Source: a virus. Taken from it: DNA of 64,000 nucleotides. The DNA lies in the IMG/VR virus record IMGVR_UViG_3300040959_000769, positions 1 to 64,000 of that record; one strand, 5' to 3'. The number at the start of each line of letters is the position of its first letter. Within the stretch, counting starts at the first letter, position 1. The notes beneath the pieces are model-generated. The model was not told the DNA's origin, made no database searches, and was given only the letters and a program-made list of their open reading frames with translations. Shown here piece after piece: positions 28,160 through 37,241 of this stretch. The translations under genes were made by a program, and so were the position numbers.

Positions 28160-28264
28160 GTAGTAAGTATGCCGGAATAGAAACCGGATGTCAACCCCTC
28201 GTGCAGATTTATTTGTGTGCAGATTTATTTGCAATCCGGTTTTGATACCACTAAGATGTATCAC

Positions 28265-28540
28265 ATGACCAACTACTACTTAGGCGTTCGGATGTTCGCC
28301 GACCGAATCGGACTTGACCCGTGGGACGTTCGACTTGACGACCTGCGAGCCTTCGCCCGTATCAGGGAACAGAAGCCCGTAAGCCGATACTCGTTCGGTT
28401 CCCCGTGTCGCTTCGTTCGCACCATTGACTTCGCCGTCCACGTTCTCCTACCCGAGATGCTCGTAGAGCGTCACCCCGTGTGGGCGACCTACCTGCGGTC
28501 AACCTCACCCCGATGGGGACGCTCATGGCGTTCATGGTGA
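28265..28540 (+). CDS. Hypothetical protein
   Basis: Leaderless start after TTGCAA-N17-TAAGAT (28229-28257). Confidence 0.55.
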   Translation: MTNYYLGVRMFADRIGLDPWDVRLDDLRAFARIREQKPVSRYSFGSPCRFVRTIDFAVHVLLPEMLVERHPVWATYLRSTSPRWGRSWRSW

Positions 28541-28606
28541 GAGTAGTTGTCAACGCCACACCCATCGGATAGATTTATTAGTACCTACTACGGAAGGGAC
28601 ACCCCA

Positions 28607-28816
28607 ATGATCAAATCCACCGAATGCCCCCGCTGCGGAGGAGGCATCCCCAACGACATCAACGTCGGCGCATACCCTGGCGCACTATCCAGAACCGACA
28701 ACGAAACAGAGATCTGCTCCGAGTGCGGAACACTAGAAGCACTCGAAAATCAGCTCTACGGAGAACCCATCCCCCAACGAGAGTGGCTCTCCGTGATGAG
28801 GGAGAATGGTTTCTAA
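28607..28816 (+). CDS. Small Zn-finger protein
   Basis: CPRCGG...GALSRTDNETEICSECG. Confidence 0.7.
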   Translation: MIKSTECPRCGGGIPNDINVGAYPGALSRTDNETEICSECGTLEALENQLYGEPIPQREWLSVMRENGF

Positions 28817-28901
28817 CCCAAACATTTAGTGCTAAGGTTCAGAATGACAAGATAACAAGCCCCCCGCTGTCATCTGTCAGACTGTCTCCAGCACAGTCAT
28901 A

Positions 28902-28941
28902 GAAAGACCCGTCGGAGTACGTCAATACCGGCGGGTCTTTC
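28902..28941. terminator. Bidirectional intrinsic terminator
   Basis: GAAAGACCCGTCGG-loop-CCGGCGGGTCTTTC. Confidence 0.75.
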
Positions 28942-28947
28942 GCATTC

Positions 28948-30858
28948 TCAGGACAAAGCCAGTTGCAAATAGTGTGAGAACACCTCTGCTCCAGCACCAG
29001 ACGGATTCAGTTCCCCACCCTCAACGGCTTGGTTCACCACCGCCCGCTTACGCTCAATCGTGCTGAAGATCTCCTCGTCAATAGTTCCAGCACACAACAA
29101 GTAAGTAGATGTGACAGACCCCGGCTGACCCAACCGGTGACATCTTGAATACGTCTGGTCAACATCCGCCGGAGTCCACGGCAACTCAACGAACAACACA
29201 TCCTGCGCCGCCGTCAACGTATGGCCCGTCTTCGCCGCCTGAATCGACAAAACAATCACCGGAGCATCCTCGGTATCCATTTCTTGGAAACGGGACTTAT
29301 GACGTTCAATCTCCTCAACGTCCATCGCCCCCTGTATCTTCAGGTTCCCGTACTTCGATGCGAGTTCGTCGACGATTTCTCGGTGGTGGGCGGCAACAAC
29401 AACCTTTTTGCCCTCTTCGAGATGTGACTCGATGAATTCGGTGACTGCGGGCATCTTCGCACGGGCGGCTAACTTCCTCAAAACACCGATTCGAACCAGA
29501 TGTTGATTGGCTTCGGCTTTCATTTTCGCTCGAACCGCCGCTGATCCAGGTTTTTCGCCGAGCTCTCGAGCCAGCTCCGCCGCCCGGTCCATCAGGTACT
29601 TGACGATGTCGCGTTCCGCCTTCTGGTACTCCTTCATTCCCCCGGCAGTCCCGTCCACGGTCAAAACGTGATGTCGGACTGGAGGTAACTCGTGCAGCAC
29701 CTGGTCCTTGGTGCGCCGGATGTAGCAGTTTCCGCGAAGCCGCTCGTTGAGTTCGTCGAGATTCGAATGCCCGTCGATGTTCCACTGACCGAATCGATCT
29801 CGGAAAGCGTTGCAGTACCGTCGATAAAAGCCCCACTTGCCGCCAAATTCATCCAATTTGCCGATGATTTGGAGTTGGCTGGCGTACTCGGCGGGCTTAT
29901 TCGTGATTGGGGTGCCGGTCAAACACAGGACAACACCATCTTTCGGTGCAGATTTAGCGATTTTGACTGCCGCTTTCGTGCGTTGGGCATCCGGGCTCTT
30001 GCAGTAGTGAGATTCATCGAAGATGTAACTTGAGAACTTCTTCAGATCGTTTTCCCAGGCTTTGATGTTCGAGTATCCGACAACCAAAACGTCGAAACCA
30101 GGCTCCGGGAAGTCTTTTCGATTCTTGATCGTCGAAACTTTTCGGCTCGGAAGCCACTTTTCGTACTCTTTCGCCCAGTTCAGCACCAAAGTTGGAGGGC
30201 AAACCACTAAAACCGGGTACGAATCCAGGTTCTCGACCGTTGCGATTGCCTGAAGCGTCTTCCCCAAACCCATATCGTCTGCGATAAAGCAGCGTCGAGC
30301 AGTCGATGCGTACTTCACACCAGCGCGTTGATAGCCCAACAACGGGAGTCCCGCCACCTCAATATCAGCGTCTACCTCTCTTGAGTCTTCCACGAGAGCT
30401 TTTCGATCGTCGACGATGCGTCGAGCCGCTTCTCTCGTGCTCTCCTCGACCCTGATACCGAATCGATCAGCCCACTCGACTGCTTCAGTGAGCGATCCTG
30501 ATGGAGCGGTCCACCCTTTCGACCCTTTGTTCCAAGTGATTCCAGGGATCTGCTTGACAGCACGCACTTTCACTGGGTCGTAAGGGAAAATGAGATGGAT
30601 TTTGCCGCCATCAAACTCGAGGATGTCTTCTGAAACTTCGCGTTCGACGTCGATTTGGGTGAGTTCAGGGGCAACAAACCAATTGTTCGCCGCTGCGATC
30701 TCATAAATCTGGGTCAATTCATCGACCGGGATTCGCCACACTCGAGATGTTCGATCCCACTTCGAGCCCGGAATCCGCCGGATCTGCTCGACCAGGTCCT
30801 CTGAATACTCGAATTTGGCTACCAGATCTCGATCCGCCAGTAGTAATTCCCCACTCAT
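28948..30858 (-). CDS. SNF2-family helicase with two N-terminal HARP-like repeats (SMARCAL1-like)
   Basis: IADDMGLGKT, IFDESH, LTGTP, IRRTK, ELPWTP, RCHRLGQ; repeats FEYSEDLVEQIRRIPGSKWD / FPYDPVKVRAVKQIPGITWN. Confidence 0.9.
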   Translation of the reverse strand: MSGELLLADRDLVAKFEYSEDLVEQIRRIPGSKWDRTSRVWRIPVDELTQIYEIAAANNWFVAPELTQIDVEREVSEDILEFDGGKIHLIFPYDPVKVRAVKQIPGITWNKGSKGWTAPSGSLTEAVEWADRFGIRVEESTREAARRIVDDRKALVEDSREVDADIEVAGLPLLGYQRAGVKYASTARRCFIADDMGLGKTLQAIATVENLDSYPVLVVCPPTLVLNWAKEYEKWLPSRKVSTIKNRKDFPEPGFDVLVVGYSNIKAWENDLKKFSSYIFDESHYCKSPDAQRTKAAVKIAKSAPKDGVVLCLTGTPITNKPAEYASQLQIIGKLDEFGGKWGFYRRYCNAFRDRFGQWNIDGHSNLDELNERLRGNCYIRRTKDQVLHELPPVRHHVLTVDGTAGGMKEYQKAERDIVKYLMDRAAELARELGEKPGSAAVRAKMKAEANQHLVRIGVLRKLAARAKMPAVTEFIESHLEEGKKVVVAAHHREIVDELASKYGNLKIQGAMDVEEIERHKSRFQEMDTEDAPVIVLSIQAAKTGHTLTAAQDVLFVELPWTPADVDQTYSRCHRLGQPGSVTSTYLLCAGTIDEEIFSTIERKRAVVNQAVEGGELNPSGAGAEVFSHYLQLALS

Positions 30859-30940
30859 GTCTACAGTCTACGTTAGTCCCGCTGCGCCGAAAACTTACCG
30901 CTACCACCTACGGTGGTGGAAGAGAACCGGGTCGAGGGAT

Positions 30941-30992
30941 TCGAGCTGCCTGATCGAGCTGTCTGATCGAGCTGTCTGATCGAGCTGGTCCA
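30941..30992. repeat. Four tandem 13-bp repeats (TCGAGCTGTCTGA)
   Basis: TCGAGCTGCCTGA, TCGAGCTGTCTGA x2, TCGAGCTGGTCCA read directly. Confidence 0.85.
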
Positions 30993-31006
30993 GGCAACGG
31001 GGAACC

Positions 31007-31036
31007 AAAAAAGCCCCCGCCGTAGCAGGGGCTTCT
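31007..31036. terminator. Intrinsic terminator candidate
   Basis: AAAAAAGCCCC-CGCCGTAGCA-GGGGCTT, U-tract on the minus strand. Confidence 0.65.
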
Positions 31037-31050
31037 CGGGAGAACTGGGA

Positions 31051-31275
31051 CTACCGGAGTCGGATAGTCCGAACAAAGCGTTCAGCGTTGGCTGAGTTCG
31101 CTTCGTGAGCGAGACGGAGCGCAGTGACATGCTCCACCTCCACACAGCCGGTGTGCGCTTCGTGGCGTTCTGCCAGTGCAGCGTCACCCGCAGTAGTGGC
31201 GGGGAACGTGTCGATGGAGCATCTCGCTGCTTCGGTCAGTTCCCAGAACTCACTGTATGTGTGGGTCTTCTTCAT
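31051..31275 (-). CDS. Hypothetical protein
   Basis: Perfect SD TAAGGAGGTGA upstream. Confidence 0.65.
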   Translation of the reverse strand: MKKTHTYSEFWELTEAARCSIDTFPATTAGDAALAERHEAHTGCVEVEHVTALRLAHEANSANAERFVRTIRLR

Positions 31276-31501
31276 AGTTTCACCTCCTTACTCATACTAG
31301 AGGGATGGCACCTATGAACTTTGACATGTCACACTTCACGGCACTTCGTACGTTCATACATATGTGGGAGGGAATCCGCAGAACGTAAGGGGTTCAGAAC
31401 TTTCTCAGATTCTTTCCACGGGAACGTCACACTCAGTGTTACACCCTTCGTTTAGATTTACAGACATGACCAACTACTACACACCGGAGGGAGGTGAACT
31501 A

Positions 31502-31756
31502 ATGGTTACCGTCACTATGTGGGGAGGATTCTCATACGCGGCAGGCGACCCGGAGACGTTTGAGTCTTGGGGTGATGCCCGCATGGAGTATCTCCGGCGC
31601 ATGGAGGTGTCCAATCGGTACTACCCGCTATGGGGAGATGCCGACATGGACGACTATGTGATCGTCAACGAGTTTGACGGTCTCACTCTCCGTGACGTCA
31701 TCCGCGATCATGATGAGTGTGATGCGGACGACAACTGCGGAGTTCTCCATAGTTGA
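31502..31756 (+). CDS. Hypothetical acidic protein
   Basis: SD GGAGGTGA 5 nt before ATG. Confidence 0.65.
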   Translation: MVTVTMWGGFSYAAGDPETFESWGDARMEYLRRMEVSNRYYPLWGDADMDDYVIVNEFDGLTLRDVIRDHDECDADDNCGVLHS

Positions 31757-31878
31757 GACTCACCACTACTGAGTATTAGGACTCGGCGCACAGGGGAGCG
31801 TGGCAACAGAACCCCACTTCCAGCCCCTACTACCACTGGGAGGTGATGGCACATGTCGGTGCCGCCGCCATAAGGGTC

Positions 31879-31916
31879 GCCCCTCTACCGGAGAGAAAAC
31901 CGGTGGAGGGGCTTTT
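31879..31916 (+). terminator. Intrinsic terminator
   Basis: GCCCCTCTACCGG-AGAGAAAA-CCGGTGGAGGGGC-TTTT. Confidence 0.8.
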
Positions 31917-32098
31917 CCCATTTATGGGCGTTGGTAACCGCCGCTCGACAGATACACTCAATCTCGGTCAATCACCCGATTGGCTATGAGACACTCACCA
32001 CCCCAGAACAAAGCTGGACGGACACGGTGGTGACGGCAAGCGGCGATCTTTCTTTCGAGGAGGGTCGCCGTTAGTCGTTCTCGGCTACACTCGATTCC

Positions 32099-32308
32099 AT
32101 GTCCACTACTGAACCTTGCCTCAAGTGCGGAAGCCCCGTGAACCTAAATGAAGCCCGTCACATCCACAAAGTCACCGGGTACTGGGAAGTCGACGGAAAA
32201 GGACGCCCCAAGAAGCTGATTTCACGCATAGAAGCAGTCGGCGGGGCTTACCACTGGTGGTGCTGGCGTGCCGACCAGGGGTTCGGCGAGCAGCAGTCAA
32301 TGTTTTAG
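32099..32308 (+). CDS. Small Cys/His protein
   Basis: CLKCG...HWWC. Confidence 0.55.
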   Translation: MSTTEPCLKCGSPVNLNEARHIHKVTGYWEVDGKGRPKKLISRIEAVGGAYHWWCWRADQGFGEQQSMF

Positions 32309-32325
32309 CCCAACGGGGCTCGCGG

Positions 32326-32544
32326 CTACCGTCGCGGGATGGACCCCCATTTGTTGATCGGGCAGCTCTCGTCTGGTACTCGAGTTTTAGCGGGGAGATA
32401 GCAGCGGCATACCCCGCATTGCTGAGATTTGGGTGAGTAGTGGGGGCATGACTCGCAGATGGTGAGTCGGAGCGCACGGGTTTGCCTGTCGGTTGATCCG
32501 ATACCGAAGATGGGTGCGAGGTGAGCGAAGGGGAACCTAGACAT
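32326..32544 (-). CDS. Small Cys-rich protein
   Basis: RLTICESCPH...QCGVCRCYLPAK...CPINKW. Confidence 0.7.
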   Translation of the reverse strand: MSRFPFAHLAPIFGIGSTDRQTRALRLTICESCPHYSPKSQQCGVCRCYLPAKTRVPDESCPINKWGSIPRR

Positions 32545-32613
32545 GGGTACATAGTAAAGGGGGCTCCGCCGTTCAGACGGAACCCCCTTCTAGGTGTTGG
32601 GTGGGTTTATTGG

Positions 32614-32940
32614 TTATGCGTCTACCGGCAGTCCTCGCATCACACATAGGTATGCAGCGATGAGGTGTCGGTCTGCGCTTTTGGTGGTCTTCTCACCTGT
32701 TGCGTGGTCCAGGGCATCACATGCGGTTCGTACCATCTCGTAGGCGATGTCGTTGGGGTCAATGGCGTTGTTCTCTACCGCATCCTCAAAGATGAGGTTC
32801 AGGTTTGACGCTCCGGCAAGGCACTCCTCGAGGGTTCGCATCTTCTTGTCGGTGTTGTTGTGTCGTTGCTCTGCTTTCGCAACGATGTCAAAAATGTCGG
32901 ACTGGGGTTCTGTAGTAGGTGTTTCATCCATAGGTGTCAT
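32614..32940 (-). CDS. Hypothetical protein
   Basis: 108-aa ORF. Confidence 0.55.
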   Translation of the reverse strand: MTPMDETPTTEPQSDIFDIVAKAEQRHNNTDKKMRTLEECLAGASNLNLIFEDAVENNAIDPNDIAYEMVRTACDALDHATGEKTTKSADRHLIAAYLCVMRGLPVDA

Positions 32941-33055
32941 CCTAATCTATCCGTTTCAGAGATGTCAACTCTTTCTTACTTCTTGCCCATCATCATGGTG
33001 ACAATCAGATAGACCAGCCCCATGCCAAGAAAGGCGTTCACCGCCACTTGGAGAA

Positions 33056-33553
33056 TCAGTACCATGCCATCGCTCCTTCACATTGGTCGGCAGTCCACGC
33101 GAGCCAATCTCGCAGATACCAATACTGTCCGGCGACGTTCTCGCCCTCCCAGATGATCCGGGTCTCACGTTCACCAGTCACGGCATCCTTCATGGCGTGA
33201 TCCATATCGTATGCCAACTTTCGAAGCGTGTCGGGAGCGATCTCGCCTTCTTCATCTCCGTACAGTAGTTCGGGGTTGCCGATCCCCAACGATGAGAGCA
33301 TGGCGTAGGCGTACTTCCCCCGATACCAGCATGACGTTCCGAAGATGCCTCCAACGGATTCTGCTCGTCGCTCACCCAGGTCCTTGTACCAAGGGCAACC
33401 GCAAGCATCCTGTGTTGCTTGGCAGTCAATCTGGTCGTGGGTGTCGCCGTCTTCATCAACGAAGACGTTGCCGTCACGATCTTTCATCTTGACAATGACT
33501 GCGGTGCCGTGCGTCTGGCAGGGATAGTTCTTAGGGATGTTGTCTAGACCCAT
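33056..33553 (-). CDS. Hypothetical protein
   Basis: MGLD start typical of phage early genes; SD GAGGAG and CACCTACTAC leader. Confidence 0.7.
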   Translation of the reverse strand: MGLDNIPKNYPCQTHGTAVIVKMKDRDGNVFVDEDGDTHDQIDCQATQDACGCPWYKDLGERRAESVGGIFGTSCWYRGKYAYAMLSSLGIGNPELLYGDEEGEIAPDTLRKLAYDMDHAMKDAVTGERETRIIWEGENVAGQYWYLRDWLAWTADQCEGAMAWY

Positions 33554-33830
33554 GTCGGGCTCCTCTCAGTAGTAGGTGTGAAACATCCTAGTACCTGTGT
33601 CAAGGGGTTCGCAACTTTGTTCTCCGCAAATCTAAACAGCACCAGAAATAGGCTCCAAACACGATTCTACGAAAAAAATCTTTCGGCTCGAAACCCTTAT
33701 GGCGTAAGGGTTTTAGCCCAGAGCTCAGGTTTTGTTCAGATTTAGGGGTTGTCAACGCAACACCCATCCATTAGTGTTCATGTCAACAAGCGAGTCACCC
33801 CGACTCGCAAGTGAGGAAAGGAAGGAAACC

Positions 33831-34226
33831 ATGAACCTCACACAAGCAACCAAGACATACCTCGCAGCCAAGCAGGCAGCAGAGGAAGCGGACAAGGCGA
33901 AGAAGATCGCCGAGACCCAGATGAAGGCAGCGTTCGCCGAAGCCGGAATCACCTACAACGTCGTTGACGGTCAGAAGGTGTCGGTCAACTCCAAGGGTCG
34001 TCGCAACGTAGACGTTGCCACCCTCGCCCAGATGATCGGCAAGAGCCTCCTCGCCAAGGTGACCAAGCCTGCCATTGACGCAAAGGCATTTGATGCAGCC
34101 GTCACCATCGGCAAGATCACTCCCGAGGTTGCCGAAGCCGTAACCAAGATCACCGAGTACGACGAGGTTCGGGTCACCAACCTCGCCACCGAGACCGAGG
34201 GGATCGCCACCACAAAGGTGGCGTGA
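33831..34226 (+). CDS. Hypothetical protein
   Basis: SD GGAAGGAA; strongly biased codons. Confidence 0.7.
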   Translation: MNLTQATKTYLAAKQAAEEADKAKKIAETQMKAAFAEAGITYNVVDGQKVSVNSKGRRNVDVATLAQMIGKSLLAKVTKPAIDAKAFDAAVTIGKITPEVAEAVTKITEYDEVRVTNLATETEGIATTKVA

Positions 34227-34267
34227 CCCTACGGTAACCACCCATCGCTCAAAGGAAGGAAACTGCG

Positions 34268-34990
34268 ATGACAAACGAAACCCAGACCCCCGACTGCTGG
34301 AAGAACGTCGAAGACGTACTCGCTTCCGGTGTTGACCGACTCATCCTCTACGGACCCCCCGGAACCGGCAAGACATACGCCGGACTCAACTACGGTGATG
34401 TCTCCCGAGGTGCCTACCGCATCATCTGCAACGAAGACATGACCGCAGCCGACGTAACCGGATACATGAAGCCTATGGGCGAAGGTGTCTGGAAGTGGAT
34501 TGACGGTCAAGCGATCAAGGCATGGGAAGGCGACGGCTTCAACGGCGGTCGCATCGTTGCCGACGAGATTGACCGAGCCTCTGGTGACGTTCTGTCGCTG
34601 CTACTCGCCATGTTTGACTCACCCGAGTCCGCAACATGGGAACACCCTGACAGCGGTCGTATCGTGCGACCCCGAGAAGGCTTCTCAGTCGTCATGACCA
34701 CAAACGTGGAAGACATGCGAGAACTACCTACCGCTCTCCGAGATCGGTTCCCTGTCGCTCTCCGCATTGACCAGCCCCACCCCGAAGCACTCAAGGTTCT
34801 CTCACACGACCTGCGTAGTGCTGCTGCTGCAAGCGCAGATGCCGACCGAAGCCGACGGTTCTCCATCCGAGCCTTCATGGAGTTTGACAAACTGCGGAAA
34901 GGCATCGAAGCCGACCGTGCAGCCAAGATCATTTTCGGCAAGCACGCCGACGACATCATGGATGCGATCAAGGTGGAGGCTCTGGCATGA
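34268..34990 (+). CDS. MoxR/CbbQ-like AAA+ ATPase
   Basis: LYGPPGTGKT, ADEIDRA, VMTTN, ALRDRF. Confidence 0.9.
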   Translation: MTNETQTPDCWKNVEDVLASGVDRLILYGPPGTGKTYAGLNYGDVSRGAYRIICNEDMTAADVTGYMKPMGEGVWKWIDGQAIKAWEGDGFNGGRIVADEIDRASGDVLSLLLAMFDSPESATWEHPDSGRIVRPREGFSVVMTTNVEDMRELPTALRDRFPVALRIDQPHPEALKVLSHDLRSAAAASADADRSRRFSIRAFMEFDKLRKGIEADRAAKIIFGKHADDIMDAIKVEALA

Positions 34991-36405
34991 CCGCCGGAGC
35001 CCCCACCAAACACGCAGCATTTCCCGAGTGGCTGACCAGACAAGACGACGATCCGACAGCATGGAGCGTTGACGAAGGAACTGGCAACCGAGGCGACGCC
35101 TGGACCAATCTCCAAGAACACAAAATGCGTGTTCCGATGGGAGACGACGAGATCAGCCGAGCGGTTCGGGCGCACGAAATGGTGCATGCCAAAGTGTCAC
35201 CCAAACAAATCTCTGCAAAATACGCCGAGTCCCTGGGGGTAACTCTTCAAGACTTGACGGTGGCGGAAGAGTTCCGAGTCAACATGCTTGCATCCGAAGC
35301 CGGATTCGACATGGACAACCTCCGAGACGGATCAGAAGTACTTTCAGGTGAGATCGCTGGAAAGAACACGAACTGGAACGGAGCGGTTCAGTCCGTTGCA
35401 GCGATGGCAGGCACAAAGGCATGCAACGACTTCATCCGAGGCGTAGGCAAACACAACAAAGAGATGGCTGACTCGCTGCGTGGTGTGCAAGCAGAACTGA
35501 AAAAGCTCTGGCGTAAAGACCTGAAAGAAGGCAACACCGTCAAGATCGGAAGCACCAAGCCCATCGAACTTGAGGCTGAGTGGGAGAAAACCGAAGTCAC
35601 CAAGGGCTTCCATCGGTACACAACGAAGTACGCCAAGTACATCCGTAGTGTTCAGATTCACGAAAGCGAAGATGGCGAACCCGACGACGAAGAGCAGAGA
35701 ATCCCGAGCAAAAGCGATGTCAAGTCGTCAAGCAAGCGTGGGGAGTTCGCTCGCCTCATTGAGTTGCGCCTACCGAAACCTAAGAAGGTTGACGGTCGCA
35801 TCGGTCGCAAGCGTGTACCCACCGACATCGGAAGAAACCCCCGGCGCATCAACCGGCTCCTCACCGACCCTGACAAGCGCATCTTTGACAAGCGAGTCAA
35901 GGGCAAAGGCGGTGTGGTGCTTATTGACCAGTCGGGCTCAATGTCGCTCAGCGACAGAGACATCTGGAACATGATCGAACATGCCCCCGGATGCGTCATC
36001 ATTGGGTACAGCCACCGACCGGGATCAAAGGACATGCCGAATGTCTGGGTTATCGCAGATCGTGGTCAAGTTGCCGAAGAAGTGCCTCGCAGCAACAGCG
36101 GTAACGGTGTGGATGGTCCTGCCATCCGTTTCGCAGCGAAAAAACTACGCACCGGAGAGCCGTTCATCTGGGTATGTGACGGAACAGTCACCGACGGAGC
36201 CTCAGACCATATTTACGCAAATCTGTACAAAGAATGCGCTGAACTGGTAATCAAACATCGCATCCACGTTGTGCCGGATGTAGACGAAGCCGTGCATGCA
36301 CTCAAAAAGGCATCGCGAGGCGAACGCCTAAACATGCGATGCGACACCCGAGATCACACGTTACGAACGGCAGTCCGCAACATCGCCAGCCAGCGAGACA
36401 TCTGA
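34987..36405 (+). CDS. Metallopeptidase-like + vWA domain protein (partner of the AAA ATPase)
   Basis: RAHEMVH (HExxH); LIDQSGSM (MIDAS DxSxS); VCDG. Confidence 0.8.
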   Translation: MTAGAPTKHAAFPEWLTRQDDDPTAWSVDEGTGNRGDAWTNLQEHKMRVPMGDDEISRAVRAHEMVHAKVSPKQISAKYAESLGVTLQDLTVAEEFRVNMLASEAGFDMDNLRDGSEVLSGEIAGKNTNWNGAVQSVAAMAGTKACNDFIRGVGKHNKEMADSLRGVQAELKKLWRKDLKEGNTVKIGSTKPIELEAEWEKTEVTKGFHRYTTKYAKYIRSVQIHESEDGEPDDEEQRIPSKSDVKSSSKRGEFARLIELRLPKPKKVDGRIGRKRVPTDIGRNPRRINRLLTDPDKRIFDKRVKGKGGVVLIDQSGSMSLSDRDIWNMIEHAPGCVIIGYSHRPGSKDMPNVWVIADRGQVAEEVPRSNSGNGVDGPAIRFAAKKLRTGEPFIWVCDGTVTDGASDHIYANLYKECAELVIKHRIHVVPDVDEAVHALKKASRGERLNMRCDTRDHTLRTAVRNIASQRDI

Positions 36406-36452
36406 CAAGTCTGGGGGAAGGGGACTTCCTTCCCTCCTTCCCTCAACAGAAG

Positions 36453-36484
36453 GAACCTCGAACCGCAAGGTTCGGGGTTCTTTC
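36453..36484 (+). terminator. Intrinsic terminator
   Basis: GAACCTCGAACC-GCAA-GGTTCGGGGTTC-TTT. Confidence 0.8.
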
Positions 36485-36488
36485 GCGT

Positions 36489-36719
36489 TCACCCAGAGTT
36501 CTTAGTGTTTGTCCACGCAGTCTTGTCCATGATTCGCCACGCCACATAGCCAAGACCGATCCACATGCACTCCTGCCACGACAGAGAGAGCGAATCCACC
36601 CGTCGTGCCACGAACCACAGCACAGCAGCATCGAACGCTGCAACCAGGACCAAGCCGATTACTCCCAGTACGAGCAACCCGATGTTCTTTGCTGGATCGT
36701 TGTTCTCCATCTCAGACAC
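36489..36719 (-). CDS. Small two-TM membrane protein
   Basis: Hydrophobic segments; SD GATAGGAG. Confidence 0.6.
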   Translation of the reverse strand: MSEMENNDPAKNIGLLVLGVIGLVLVAAFDAAVLWFVARRVDSLSLSWQECMWIGLGYVAWRIMDKTAWTNTKNSG

Positions 36720-36997
36720 TCCTATCTTCCGCAGGTGACTGAAGCAGTTTAGCCATCTGCTCCTGCCGCCAGTCCGGATGGTCGTCAGCGATAACCGCCG
36801 CAGCCAACCTGACTGTCTCTGCCATCTCTTGATACAGCAGCCGCTCGAGCTTGTCCGCCGCAGCTAATAGATTTAGAAGAGAAACTCCAGGCTCCTCAAT
36901 GGGTGATTCAGATTTATCCGTGTCCAAGGTCAGTAGCCCCGTTCTTTCTTTTTCTCTGCGGGACTTCCGAGCTTCTACTTCGTACGGTGGTGGAAGA

Positions 36998-37119
36998 GCT
37001 CGGGTTGGCCCTTTGGTTTGGGTGCCCCCGCCGAGCGAAAGGAGGAAACTCTCGACGGGGGCGGAACCCTGTTGCCGAGTCCGCAACGGTCCGACCCGCA
37101 CGGCGCAACAAACCCGAGC
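36998..37119 (+). ncRNA. Candidate structured RNA / ssDNA element (multibranch)
   Basis: 9-bp closing stem GCTCGGGTT/AACCCGAGC, GCCCCCG/CGGGGGC stem, GAAA tetraloops, GTTGC/GCAAC hairpin. Confidence 0.45.
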
Positions 37120-37181
37120 GTACTACATCGGTGTCATTTGTCGGGGTGAATCATTTTCAGAAAGATTTTTCCGATTAGGGG

Positions 37182-37225
37182 TTGACATCGCCTGTCACAT
37201 CATTAGAATAAATCACACCTACTAA
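37182..37225 (+). promoter_or_regulatory. Early promoter with CACCTACTA leader
   Basis: TTGACA-N16-TAGAAT, then CACACCTACTA and SD. Confidence 0.7.
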
Positions 37226-37241
37226 AGAAAGGGGCACCCAA

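Noticed and set aside
31790..31878. G/C-rich stretch before the 31879 terminator that might be a small ribozyme or riboswitch
   Set aside because: I could not build the nested pseudoknot of HDV-like ribozymes or find hammerhead CUGAUGA/GAAA cores by eye
37070..37092. GCCGAGTCCGCAACGGT resembles the CCCGCAACUGU box of cobalamin riboswitches, tempting given the B12-dependent RNR
   Set aside because: The upstream GGGAA/GGUG-AA-UCC and downstream GCCACUG/GGGAAG elements are absent, and the RNR gene is 34 kb away
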